From Lingula anatina (taxonomy: Eukaryota > Animalia > Brachiopoda): a stretch of DNA of 64,000 bases. Shown here piece by piece: positions 13,765 to 25,985 of the stretch. The notes below the pieces were generated by a model. It was given only the letters and a program-made list of their open reading frames with translations, was not told where the DNA came from and made no database searches. A program made the translations under genes and the position numbers. The stretch lies in NCBI GenBank assembly GCA_051362555.1, contig CM120644.1, positions 3,232,954-3,296,953 of the forward strand. The letters run 5' to 3'. Within the stretch, counting starts at the first letter, position 1; each line of letters starts with the position of its first letter.

Positions 13765-16639
13765 CTTTACAGAGTGTAAAATCACCATGATAACAAGCCC
13801 AGCAGTGGTAGTTCTTGGCAACTTGATCAGAAACAGTTGTGATAAAAGGGTTGTTGTATGCCATGCAGGTATCTCTTAAGGCTGAGTGCAGGGGGAGTGG
13901 ACGAGGTACGCGATGTATGCTTCCATTGATAAAAGTGAACAAACATGGACCAAAGGCATCTTCCTCAGCTTCCTTGAAGCATGTCCTCAAATGCCAGTCT
14001 GGCTTCGATTCAAAAATACCATTACATCTGTGATCTTCCAGTTTTCTTAAAACACAAGATGAGGAGCTGCAGTCTGCTATGTCATCAACTATTGCCCTAG
14101 AGCAATAGACAACAAGTTCCCATGGTTCAACACCATTCTTGACACCATTACAAGCTGCGCAGTACTTGTTTCTGAAGGTGATATGTGTGTCTGGGTCGGT
14201 GACTGGTTGGTACAAGAGCACATCTTCTGAGAGGCTGGTATTTGCGGTATCAGTACACTTGGTACGACTTTCTTTTTCTTGCCATGATGATGGACATTGG
14301 TCTACCATCCATACTCTTAGTCCAAGGCGATCAATATCAGGCAACTTGCTTTGCCTTACTCTAGGACCAAATGTCGGAATATATCTACAGGAGCTTCTGC
14401 GTGCCAGGGAAATAGACACAGGGTCGTCACGGATTTTCTGTCTTGACCAAGAGGATGTTTTGTTAGGGGATGCAGACAAAGTTGTGCTGTTACTTTGAGT
14501 TTCTGTTAAGTTGTGTGCAGTAATTGTTACAGCTTGCAAGGTATTGTTCCCTGTCCTTAATTGCACTGAGGCAGCACACATTGTCATATTTTCTGTCATC
14601 CCATAACAGCAGTCACCATACAGGATACACAGAGGGTCGCAGTTGCAATGCACCTTGATGCTGAATTTAACTGCATATCTAACCATTGCACACAGCCATC
14701 TATATGGCATGAAAGTAACATCTGCAAAAGAAGAGGTCTGCTTAGTGACAGTATTACTGCCAAGGGTTGAATCATTCAAAATTGTTTCTGCTTGATTGGG
14801 AGAATCTTCTGTGACTCCCTCGTACATTCTACCTTTAGTAGTGGGTGACTGTTGGGTGACTCCCTCTTGCAGTCTACTCTCAGTAGTGGATGACTCTTGT
14901 GTGACTTCCTCTTGCATTCTACTCTCAGTAGTGGGTGACTCTTGTGTGACACCATCTTGCATTCTACCCTCAGTATTGGGTGACTCTCTTGTGACACCAT
15001 CTTGTATTCTACCTTCAGTAGTGGGTGACTCTTTTGTGACACCATCTTGCATTCTCCCATCAGTAGTGGATGACTCTTGCGTAACTCCATCTTGCATTCT
15101 CCCATCAGTAGTGGATGACTCTTGTGTAACTCCATCTTGCATTGTACCGTCAGTAGTGGGTGACATTTGTGTGACACCATCTTGCATTCTACCCTCAGTA
15201 GTGGGTGACTCTTGTGTGACTCCCTCTTGCATTCTACCCTCAGTAGTGGGTGATATTTGTGTGACTTCCTCTTGCATTCTACCCTCAGTAGTAGGTGACT
15301 CTTGTGTGACTTCCTCTTGCATTCTATCCTCAGTAGTGAGTGACTCTTGTGTGACACCATCTTGCATTCTACCCTCAGTTGTGAGTGACTTTTGTGTTAC
15401 TCCATCTTGCATTCTACCCTCAGTATTGGGTGACTCTTGTGTGACACCATTTTGCATTCTACCCTCAGTAGTGGGTGACTCTTGAGTGACACCATCTTGC
15501 ATTCTACCCTCATTAGTGAGTGACTCTTGTGTGACACCATCTTGCATTCTACCCTCAGTAGTTGGTGACTCTTGTGTGACTTCCTCTTGCATTCTACCCA
15601 CAGTAGTGAGTGACTCTTGTGTGACACCATCTTGCATTCTACTCTCAGTAATGAGTGACTCTTGTGTGACACCATCTCGCATTCTACTCTCAGTGGAGGG
15701 CAACTCTTGTGTGACACCATTTTGCCTTCTACCCTCAGTAGTTGGTGACTCTTGTGTGACACCATCTTGTATTCTACCCTCAGTAGTGGGTGACTCTTGT
15801 GTGACACCATCTTGCATTCTACCCTCGGTAGTGGGTGATATTTGGGGGACTTCCTCTTGTATTCTACCCTCAGTAGTTGGTGACATTTGTGTAACTTCCT
15901 CTTGGATTCTACCCTCAGTAGTGGGTGACTCTTGTGTGACACCATCTTGCATTCTACCCTCGGTAGTGGGTGATATTTGGGGGACTTCCTCTTGTATTCT
16001 ACCCTCAGTAGTTGGTGACATTTGTGTAACTTCCTCTTGCATTCTACCCTCAGTAGTGGGTGACTCTTGAGTGACCCCATCTTGCATTCTAAACTTAGTA
16101 GTTGGTGACTCTTGTGTGACACCATCTTGCATTCTACCCACAGTAGTGAGTGACTCTTGTGTGACACCATCTTGCATTCTACTCTCAGTAGTGAGTGACT
16201 CTTGTGTGACACCATCTTGCATTCTACCCTCAGTAGTGGGTGACTCTTGTGTGACTTCATCTTGTATTCTACCCTCAGTAGTTGGTGACTCTTGTGTGAC
16301 TTCATCTTGCATTCTACCCTCAGTAGTTGGTGACTCTTGTGTGACTTCATCTTGCATTCTACCCTTAGTAGTTGGTGACTCTTGTGTGACTTCATCTTGC
16401 ATTCTACCCTCAGTAGTGGGTGACTCTTGTGTGACACCATCTTGCATTCTACCCTCGGTAGTGGGTGATATTTGGGTGACTTCCTCTTGTATTCTACCCT
16501 CAGTAGTGGGTGACTCTTGTGTGACTCCATCTTGCATTATCCCATCAGTAGATTGGCCATGGTCTTGAATAAAGAAATGCATGACAGTTGTTGGCTGAAG
16601 AAATATCAGCGCGCATAAAGTGAGTTGGATGACCCTCAT
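13765..16639 (-). CDS. Secreted mucin-like repeat protein with somatomedin-B-like and Cys-rich region (resembles invertebrate adhesion/Methuselah-like GPCR ectodomains), exon 1
   Basis: Signal-peptide-like MRVIQLTLCALIFLQPTTVM, about 39 ESPTTEGRMQDGVTQ repeats, CNCDPLCILYGDCC, MVDQCP, PVTD...TFRNKYCAACN. Donor AAAG|gtaagt at 13764. A possible acceptor near 16680 leaves the true start uncertain. Confidence 0.85.
14795..16545 (-). repeat. Coding 45-bp tandem repeat, about 39 copies
   Basis: Plus-strand unit ttgcattctaccctcagtagtgggtgactcttgtgtgacaccatc. Confidence 0.95.
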
Positions 16640-17769
16640 GTTTCTGAATATGGTATGTCTGTCTGACAGAAGCACATACTGTAAAAGTGACACAGATTGC
16701 AGTTTGACAACCTTTTATACAGCTCATGCCCTTGTTGGTAGAGTTTATTCCAAAGCCACCGAGTCAAAACGCCAGCAATGTTACAGTATTAATTCTTTCT
16801 AAGAACACATTACAACATAAGGCATTCAAACTGTAAATGCAGAGGATTAGATACTTAGGGTCTTGTTACTATACAATAATCTGTTTGTTAATCAATTTGT
16901 CGCCTTCTTCCATGTAGACAAGATGAAAATGATAACTTAAGGTTGCTATCATATCACTGATTACCCAGTGTGGCTTTCTCCACGGCATGCTATGACAGGA
17001 GAAAGAGAAAAATATTTATCTATTGAAGAAGACTCTCTTCAACAGCCTATGTCTCCATTTGATAAACTGGTGTGTGATGCATGGTTAATTGAGGTTAAAT
17101 ACAAATAAGTCAATAACAAAAAAAAAAAAAAAAAAAAAAAAATCTATGACTGTAATGTACAAAATCGGGTATCTTATTAAGTCTTTATCTTTAAGCGTTT
17201 TTTTGTTATTTAGGTTTATTTTAATATTTATTGCAGCATTTGGTACATTGGGGGCACAGGGAATTCAGTATCAAGTTTTTGATGAATAATACGAGCTATT
17301 GTATTGTTTTAAGTGGAGAAATATATACTAGCAGTTACAAAACAACATATTGATATTAAAATTATCTTATACCTACAGTAATTGTACAAGATGAACCATT
17401 AAAAGTGGAGGGTCATGTCAAACAACAAGAGAAAAATCTAACAGAAAATACCATGGACTCCCTCCTTTAATTTTAGGAACTTTTACTTGCAACGAAAAAT
17501 TCTCATAATATTATGCACTTTATAATCTGAAATCTACGTCTCACTGATAAATAAAAAATTGGCAAAGGAAATGAATTTACAGCCAAAAGTTAGGCCTATA
17601 GATTAAATTTCATACAACTTAAATCTAATTCAAATTCTACATGAAAAATATTAAAGAGGAAATATGTGACAGGTACTCTTACATAAACCATGGGACTTTG
17701 TTTATTCAAATACAAGAAGACTAACAGAAGTTGTTAATCAAGTTTACAGTATGGACTTTTTTGTTTCAG

Positions 17770-17914
17770 AAATCTTCACAACAGCAAAGGGAAAACTAAA
17801 AGAGGAAATTGTGAACTGGGGTTACCAACCTTGCAAGGAAGATTATTACAAAGTTCTGTGTAGTGCTGATGTTGCCGTATCCACAGCAATCCATGAGTTC
17901 TTTGGTGTTGCCAT
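17770..17914 (+). CDS. GTDC1: Glycosyltransferase-like domain-containing protein 1 (queuosine-tRNA mannosyltransferase), penultimate exon
   Basis: tttcag|...|gtaag. [47 protein letters not shown](M) matches the GTDC1 WGY...DY...[13 protein letters not shown] motif. Confidence 0.92.
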
Positions 17915-18581
17915 GTAAGCTTAACCAGAAAAGCACCCAGAGACTCTGTCATGGTGGTTCAGTTCTCATTAATTAATAAGTTAATTAAGTAGTTAATTAA
18001 TTGGTCGATCAATCAATAATTCAATCAATTGATCACCACCAATCAAAATTAAGTTTGAAGCCTTCTGCCCTTTCCTGAAAATTTTATCAAAATCTCTCTG
18101 TAACCTTTTCAAGTTAGGCTGTTGATGAACAAACCAAATCTCACAGAAGCAAAAACATAACTTCCTTGTCGGGTAAGGAGGTACCTGTATGTCCACAGAA
18201 AATTGAACAGCCAGGAGACTTGGAAAAAAAGATTAAAATCATTCAGTTTCTTTTAAATCAATTAATTTCTTAAAATAAAAAATCATGGTTTTATGTATAA
18301 TGTTAATTTTCATGCCATTTTAAGTCTATGGAACATTTTATGGATTTTAGACTCGTACCTTAGCATCATTATATGACATTTTTTTTATTTTTACTAACTG
18401 ATATTATGCAAGATGGTCACTTCACTATAATATGTACTGCTTTCAGAATAATATAAATAGCAATAAACGGTGTTTTATTGTATTTTTAAATCCACAGATC
18501 AGCTTTTTTTTTTACAAATGCTGCAAATTTTTATATATTATTACTATGTCATTATTTAACTTCTTCTTATATATATTCTAG

Positions 18582-18813
18582 GCTGGAGGCAGTCCACTGT
18601 GGCTGCTACCCACTAGTCCCCAGCAGGCTGGTCTACCCAGAGATATTCCCAAAGACATACCTGTACAACACACCTGCCCAGCTGGCCAAGAAACTGAGGA
18701 ATTTTTGCAAGTTTCCCCATCTCGTTAGGCTCCATACTCTGGAGGTGAACCCTGTAGACTATTCTTGGGACAGGCTGAAAGGAGGATATAGGGAGCTTCT
18801 GCACGCGGAGTGA
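18582..18813 (+). CDS. GTDC1: GTDC1/QTMAN terminal exon
   Basis: ttctag| acceptor, phase-compatible. (M)LEAVHCGCYPLVPSRLVYPEIFPKTYLYNTPAQLAKKLRNFCK...YSWDRLKGGYRELLHAE*. Confidence 0.92.
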
Positions 18814-18861
18814 ACACGGAGGCATTATTGTGTATTAAGGCCTTGTTTACACTGAGGGGTA

Positions 18862-19031
18862 CAGGGGCGGATGGAGGTAGTCTTCTGAGTCCTCCAGAAT
18901 ACGGGCATAATTTTTCAAGTTTACATTGAGGGGCATTTAATTTTTTCTGCCAGAAGACTGTCGAAAATGGAGGATGGATCAACAAAGATATTTTGAAAGA
19001 ATGTTAGAAAATATATCTGGATCTACCCCTG
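18862..19031. mobile_element. Short TIR element (hAT-like caggggcgga...tctacccctg) just after the GTDC1 stop
   Basis: Flanked by a gggta direct repeat. Related copies at about 2458-2625 and 6317-6490, fragments near 48840 and 51790-51851. Confidence 0.7.
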
Positions 19032-19149
19032 GGGTACTCTTTCCTGCATTGATCCATTTAAAAGGTTCTGTCAAATAATTAATTTCCTGGGCAGGGATCT
19101 CCCTTTTACAAGTTCGTTTACAATAATCCCAATATACCAATGTAACTTA

Positions 19150-19345
19150 GGGACTGTTCCCACAGATATATGGATCGATCAATCTCCACGGGGATTCTCA
19201 CTAAATTGCTATCTGCTATCAGCGAGGCCGAGGTTGCAAGGAAGTTAATTACCCCCCCCCCCCCAGCTGATTCGGTACTTTCAGTGGGAATGAGCCCAAA
19301 GGAGCTTTTCACATCAAACGATCCAGTTTTCTTTATCGCACCATG
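19150..19345 (+). mobile_element. Diverged relative of the 215-bp MITE family
   Basis: Left end gttcccacagatatatggatcgatcaatctccacgggattctcacta. Confidence 0.55.
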
Positions 19346-20393
19346 TTGAGAGATCCAAAAGTCAATGACCTGCCCTTAGAAATGTCCAGACACCCCTCCC
19401 ACCATCACCACCATGCAGAAAGTTCTTATTTTAATATGTATTTATTACATGCTGTATTACAAATAATATTAATAAAATCGAGATTACTGCCAAACTCTGC
19501 ATCTGTGGCTTTATGTTATCGCCCTAAAATAAATGCAGAATAATCCAAAGTCATGAACATTCGAGCAAGTGATTTTTAAATATAAGGACAATGTATCTCA
19601 GTGTGTTGTTTCTACCTTCCCTCTGATTTCACTGGGGCCTCTAAATAGTACAATATTTTTGTAACAGACTACCAGAGAATGGTTTCTTTCCAGTTAAACA
19701 CACAGCCATGTGCCCTTCAAATTATGTGTTGCCAAAAGGGGTACGTCTCAGATCGGTGTCCTAATGATTACTACTAGTATTTCCTACTGATAACCTGACA
19801 AATTAATAAACGCTTCAATATACATATTTATCTTAAACAAGATTCTAAAGTTATTATTTGAAGTTCAAAACACGCGTTTGAGAGATATGATAACTTAGAG
19901 GGTGTAATTTTGATGACGTTTTTCTTTCCATTTTTTTTTTTTTTTTTTTTTGAGAAAATTCTTGCAACTAAATGTTAGATTGTACATGCACTATACAAGA
20001 GTAATAAAAGTAACGAAACACATGGCATTATCCACTAAGAGCATAACAGAAGAATTCATTGATAAATATATGAAATAAATTTCTTTAAAATAGTTCAATG
20101 TATTTATGAAAATTATTAAAAACATGCTGAAAATAATAACATACCGTCAACTTGTTTTAAACAAGTGCCATATATGATTCAACTACCAAGCTTATCAACA
20201 TATTTGCTCTTTTAGTTCTTTGTATTTAGGTTTATTGGTTAAAATGTTTGACCGCCCATAGGAGAATAATCTTTGCTGGTTTACAGTTTATAGAGTTTTG
20301 GAATATAAAAGTTCTGAAAGTGTCTTAGGGTATATCTTTGAATGTTCTTGTCAGTTATGTCAATTAGTGATTCAGTTTATATCCTTCCCTACA

Positions 20394-20560
20394 CAGGCCT
20401 ACCCAACTACCAGACACGGCACCGAATGATCCTGAATTCACCAGTAGATCAGACCACACTACCCGTTTTGAAGGTGTGTGTCAGATCGCATTACACAGTA
20501 TCAGACGCGACACCGCTCTTGCCTAGTACGCGATGTGATAGTGACGATTCTCAGCGGGGT
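20394..20560 (+). mobile_element. Terminal fragment of the TIR family seen at 45324-46154
   Basis: caggcctacccaactaccagac...gaccacactacccgttttgaaggtgtgtgtcagatcgcat matches the TIR of that element. Confidence 0.75.
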
Positions 20561-21334
20561 TGAAAAGCATTGCATCACCACTCAAAATTTGTTCAGGGTA
20601 TGATACTGTGTAATGGTTACAGCTCCTTGCATGCATATACTTTCAAACAATTAAAGACACAGATCATCGCGCCAGCTTTGTAAATAAACAGAATTTGTCA
20701 TTAGTAAGCATCTGTGTAGAGATTTCTTGCTATAGTACCTTTCTAGAAGGATTCAATTTTTTTTTTCGGTTTGGCTCTTGGTCGTGCCACACTTACACAG
20801 CATATTCAAGGGCACAAAGTGAGTCTTTCAACAGACATGTATAGTCTCGGTAACATATGAGGAGAGAAACCCACTGTCTCTAAAATTCCTATGAAATGTA
20901 TTCTTTGGCTAGCTTTTGAGCAACTGTGATTGAGATTAGTTTCCCCAATTCAAACAATAGCTTTAGTAAGACCCAAGAATACGGCGGAATTCAATCTTTT
21001 TTCCCTCGATTGCTGTTAGTTGGAGTTCATGACCGGAATCTGAGAAATCGAACCTTACCTCGATCCTTTGCTTTCTTGGAATTTGTGGACATTGTTTTCT
21101 TGTCACCAGATGAAGGTTTCTGTTGATGCAGCCTGTAATTGTTCCGGAGAGTTATTAGTGGCAAACCTGCAAAGTTCTTAGCGTCATCAGGGTCTTGTCT
21201 AATTAACTACCATAATCGGCCACAAATGACCTCAATCAGTAACGACCTCGAGCAAAAGTTAAGGTTGGGAAATCAGTTTTAACTTTTAAAATTCCAGTTT
21301 TAAAATTCCATCTTACGTCAAAAATATATGTATT

Positions 21335-21376
<42 letters not shown>

Positions 21377-23795
21377 ATATAAGATGGGATTTTATGTTGG
21401 AAACAGCATATAGTGTACTATTATGTACTAAACGATAACAGAGATTGTGGTTGTGTCCGCAAGCGACGAGGAGCGTCCGCAGACGACGACTAGCGCCCAC
21501 AAGAACTAGCCAGCAGATCTTGAGTCCTCTTGGTTTTCAAATAGGTCTGTTATTGTATGCAACTTATGATAAAAGTGGCTTTAATTCACACCTTTAATTG
21601 TTTGATATAACGAACCCGTTGTCGTTGAACATGTAAAATAGTTTTCTGGTTCTTCGCTCTGCCACCAGGGGAGCATTCATGCTTGAACCGTGCAAGAAGT
21701 TGAGAGAACAAAGGGAGCTCCAGCAATCCTCTATTGATTACAATAATATATTGATCCAGTATACAAGGCGCTATTACATTTCTATCAAAACAGACATCAA
21801 TACCCGTGGTTTTCTTTTCGTCGCCAGTATGCTATTTCAGTCAAGATACCAGTTCAACAAAAACAAAAATAATCTGTTATCAGATTTAGTCCAAGTTAAT
21901 GCGTTGGAAAAAACTCAGTGCAAACTCAGTACATATAAGATGCGACGGGACTGATAATCCAACTAAACAAATTCATCCATAGGGATTTTAAGAATATTAC
22001 CCTTCGATCAAAACTCCTTATTTACTTATTTACTGTCTCACATACCAATTTTTGTGATAAAATCTTATTCAGGGATGAAGTTACGCGCCATACCGATTGC
22101 TACCTCACCACATTGTAGAAAGGTGTTAAATTGATGATTAAAGCTTTCAGTTGCCTATGCTTATACATTGCAACGCGTATCAGCGAACGTAACATTTGGA
22201 TAATTTTCAAGTAACCCTTTCGTTTCAAAGTATTGGTTATTTCTAGCTGAAATCAATTTCCCAATATATGAGAATGAAAATATGGCCAGTGTATGAGATT
22301 GTTTTTGAACATGCTCAAACGGGTCCCCCCCCCCCGCCCCGGCCCCCCGCGTGCACATGTATGCAAACGTACACCAACGTTTGCCTGCGTACTCGAGACT
22401 TATTAGCCGTAATCTAAGGAACCCCTTGCGTTTGTCTGCGTTATGGGTAATTGTCCTCATACGTAAGAGCTACCTGCTATATAGTGCGGCAGTGCCATTA
22501 CTGAAGTGCACTGATTGGACTTGAAAACAAATCAACGCTCAGCTGCCTCTTGTATCATTAAGACCAATGGAAGGCACAAGCTTTTTTATTTCTTGACAAG
22601 GCTTTTGCTGTTTAAGTAAGAAAGAAAATCATATGATTTTTCCCTTTATTATTATTATTAGTAGTATTGCAATAACGTTGGTGAATTTATAGGTAAAATC
22701 ACATCTTGTCTTCGCTAACACAATCCATCGCTACTGGATTCATTCCATTCATTCTACCTTCTCGTTACTGGGGTAAATTAACTGATTTTTCACAAGATAT
22801 TCACAGACGTGTCTTGGACTCACTTTTTCTCTTTTCTCTACTGTGGCCAACGAGAATCTTTGAGAGAATTTGCCTTCTGCAGAGGGCGCCATTGACATAC
22901 TAGTACATATTCAGATTGATAAACCTGGTCACTTTACATCAAGTACCTGACTACTACGTTGGACATTGAGATAAATCGCGTCCGTTCTTCTCTGATTAAA
23001 TCCCGCCCCAGTAAAATTATTGGATTCATTCATATGAACAATGACAAGTCACTCCCATGAAGATTATTTAAGCTAATGAGCACAGGCGTTAAACTCGGAG
23101 ATATAGAATAATCTATTGTTGTTAATTTATAAGAATGTATGCGGTTTGGGTATGTCGTTGACCGACCTAAAACATGTTTCTAAAACGATTAATCGCCGAT
23201 GTTTTGTGCCATAAAAGAAATAAAAGCACGTGGCAGACACATGATACTACAATAGCATAAATACCGGTAGGTAACGACTCAACCCGTGTAACAGCGGAGT
23301 GCATATAACAGAGCAGAATAGGACATTCACACTGATTTAATAGAATTGCCTGTTAGCAGACTTCGCCTTAACTTTTGCTAAGAGAGGGGAGTCCGTAGTT
23401 TTTGAAAACGGAATTTTCTTCAACTTTCGACTTTTGCCAAATCAATATCTATCGCACGTGGTTTTCAACCGCTAAACCGTCATAGTCATACTGGTCACGT
23501 GAGCATCTTCTCCCTCACAGTAAGCCTCAAGGCCATCACTAGTTTCACTCTGTGGAAAAATGAGCATGGTGATCACTTGTAGTTCGTCATTGGCTAAGAG
23601 TTCCACGGATGACCAGTCAAGAAACATATGCAGTTTAAGTGAGCCCGCCTGCAGGGTGACGTTTGCATTGTAGAAAACTCCCATTCCTTTACCGTGAACA
23701 ATATGGCCACTCATTGACCTATTTATAAATATTTCCTGATTTACATGGTCGTATCCAACAACCGTGTGTTCCGTTTCACCAGCCATGAGCTTGAA

Positions 23796-25985
23796 GGTTA
23801 TACGGCACTTCCGGTGTAACATGAAAATCTGACTCCCATGAAAATCTGACTCCCCCCATGAAAATTTGACTCCCCCTCCACAAAACTTTTTAAATTTTAT
23901 TTTATTTTGAGTATATGACTGTTATCTTGTAGTATGTAAAATGGAGGATACATTGGCACTTTTTTGTAGTTTGCAGGTGAAAATGTTCATGAAAAGATAA
24001 GAAAATTAAAAATGTGCACATAATGAAAATCTGGTTCCCCCGTGAAAATTTGACTCCCCCTCCACAAAACTTCATAAATCTTATTTTATTTTGAGTATAT
24101 GACTGTGATCTTGTAGTATGTAAAATGGAGGATACATTGGCCCTTTTTTTGTAGTTTGCAGGTGAAAATTTTCATGAAAAAATAAGAAAATTAAAAATGT
24201 GCACTTAACCGCCCATTGTCTCCCCTATGAAAAAGCTATCTATTTAATATTTGATGATCATTTCAACACCTTTCCTTAACTTTTACTATATGAAGATTAT
24301 ATTGGAAATATTTGAAAGTTTGATGGTAAAATATTGGGTGAAAAAGCATATTTGAATATTCTTTTTCATTTAATTTTCACCCAGTATTTTACCATAAAAC
24401 TTTTAAATATTTCCAATATATTTTTTCATAAAGTATCCTAAAAGAAAAGCTGTCAGAATGATCATCAAATATCAAATAAATAGCTGTTTCATAGGGGAGT
24501 CATTGGGTGTTAGATTACAAATCCTTATTTTTTCTTATTTTCATGTGTTTTATTATTTTTTTTTCACTCAATTTTTTAACCATCAAACTTTCAAGTACTT
24601 GCAATAAATTCTTAGTAAAGTATCCTCAAAGAAAAGCTGCCAGAATGATAATGTAATATCGAATAAATAGCTTTTTCATAGGGGAGTCATTGGGTGTTAG
24701 AATATAAATCTTTAATTTTTATTTTTTAATGTGTTTTTTTCACCCAATTTTTTACCATCAAACTTTCAAGAACTTGCAATATAATTTTCATAAAGTATCC
24801 TAAAGGGAAAGATGTTGAAATGGTCATCAAATGTCAAATAAATAAATAGCTTTTTCATAGGGGAGTCCTGTGTATGGTAAAATACAAATCTTTAATTTTT
24901 TTTCATGAAACTTTTCACCTTCAAAGTAACAAAAAGTGCCAATGTCTCCTCCATTATGCATACTACAAGATCATAGTCATTTACTCAAATAAAATGAGAT
25001 CACAGTCACATACTCAAAATAAAATAAGATTTGTGAAGTTTTGTGGAGCGGGAGTCAAATTTTCATGGGGGAGTCAGATTTTCATTATGTGCACATTTTT
25101 AATTTTCTTATTTTTTCATGAAAATTTTCACCTGCAAACTACAAAAAAGGTGCCAATGTATCCTCCCTTTTACATACAAGATCATAGTCATTTACTCTAA
25201 ATAAAATAAGATTTATGAAGTTTTGTGGAGGAGGAGTCAAATTTTCACGGGGGAACCAGATTTTCATTATGTGCACATTTTTAATTTTCTTATTTTTTCA
25301 TGAAAATTTTCACCTGCAAACTACAAAAAAGTGCAAATGTATCCTCCATTATGCATACTACAAGATCATAGTAATTTACTCAAAAAAATGAGATTAATGA
25401 ATGTTTTTTTTGGTGGGAGTCAAAATTTCATAGGGGGAGTCACATTTCCATTATGAAAAACTGACTGGGGAGTCACATTTTAGGGGAGTCAGATTTGCAT
25501 GGTACACCAGCCTTCCTTGTTTAATAAGTTTGAACAAGAAGTTATAAAGAGAAGTCTTCTCATTATAACTTATTGGTTTGAAGCAAGATTTGCATATAAG
25601 AGAAAAATGAGTTTATTTTTCAATTTTGGATCATTTGAAAATTTTAAAATAAATTTTAGAAATAAATCTGTTCATTTACCTTTAATTTGATGTGTTATTT
25701 TTCATATCAGGGTGAAATTTTACTGCCTGGGGCCAGTTTTACATGCCCTCCCCCCCTGCTGCATTTTAGTGCTTATTTTGGCCGACTGGCGGCAGCACCC
25801 TACGGGTCATGTCATGTCACTGGCAGGCTATACCATTAATGTACCCTGATTTTTTAATATTGTTTATGCCTTGAGTAGAAGTATTTAAATCTGAAGTGTT
25901 GTGTTTGTTGAAGCATAGAAAGTATTTTAAGAGAATTAAACGTTACAATGGAAGTGAATGGGATTTTTAATAGTGGTTTGTAACC
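23796..25985. mobile_element. DNA transposon inserted in the pseudogene exon (imperfect 14-bp TIR, 4-bp TSD TGAA)
   Basis: tgaa|ggttatacggcact...agtggtttgtaacc|tgaa. Removing it restores GTT GGT TTC AAG CTC ATG (VGFKLM), identical to paralog A. Confidence 0.8.
23811..25509. mobile_element. Foldback-type element with long inverted arms built of about 180-bp subrepeats
   Basis: ccggtgtaacatgaaaatctgactccc...gggagtcagatttgcatggtacaccag. Arms at about 23811-24210 and 24880-25509 are inverted. A partial copy lies at about 36780-37081. Confidence 0.85.

Noticed and set aside
14776-16568. Long alternative-frame and antisense ORFs (SHKSHPLLRVECK and VTPSCILPSVVGDSC repeats)
   Set aside because: By-products of a 45-bp repeat unit with few stops. 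Only one frame continues into the signal peptide and the Cys-rich domain.
23472-23822. 116-aa ORF as a standalone GH32 C-domain protein
   Set aside because: The start lies within inserted transposon sequence, and the stop is a premature TAG relative to paralog A.
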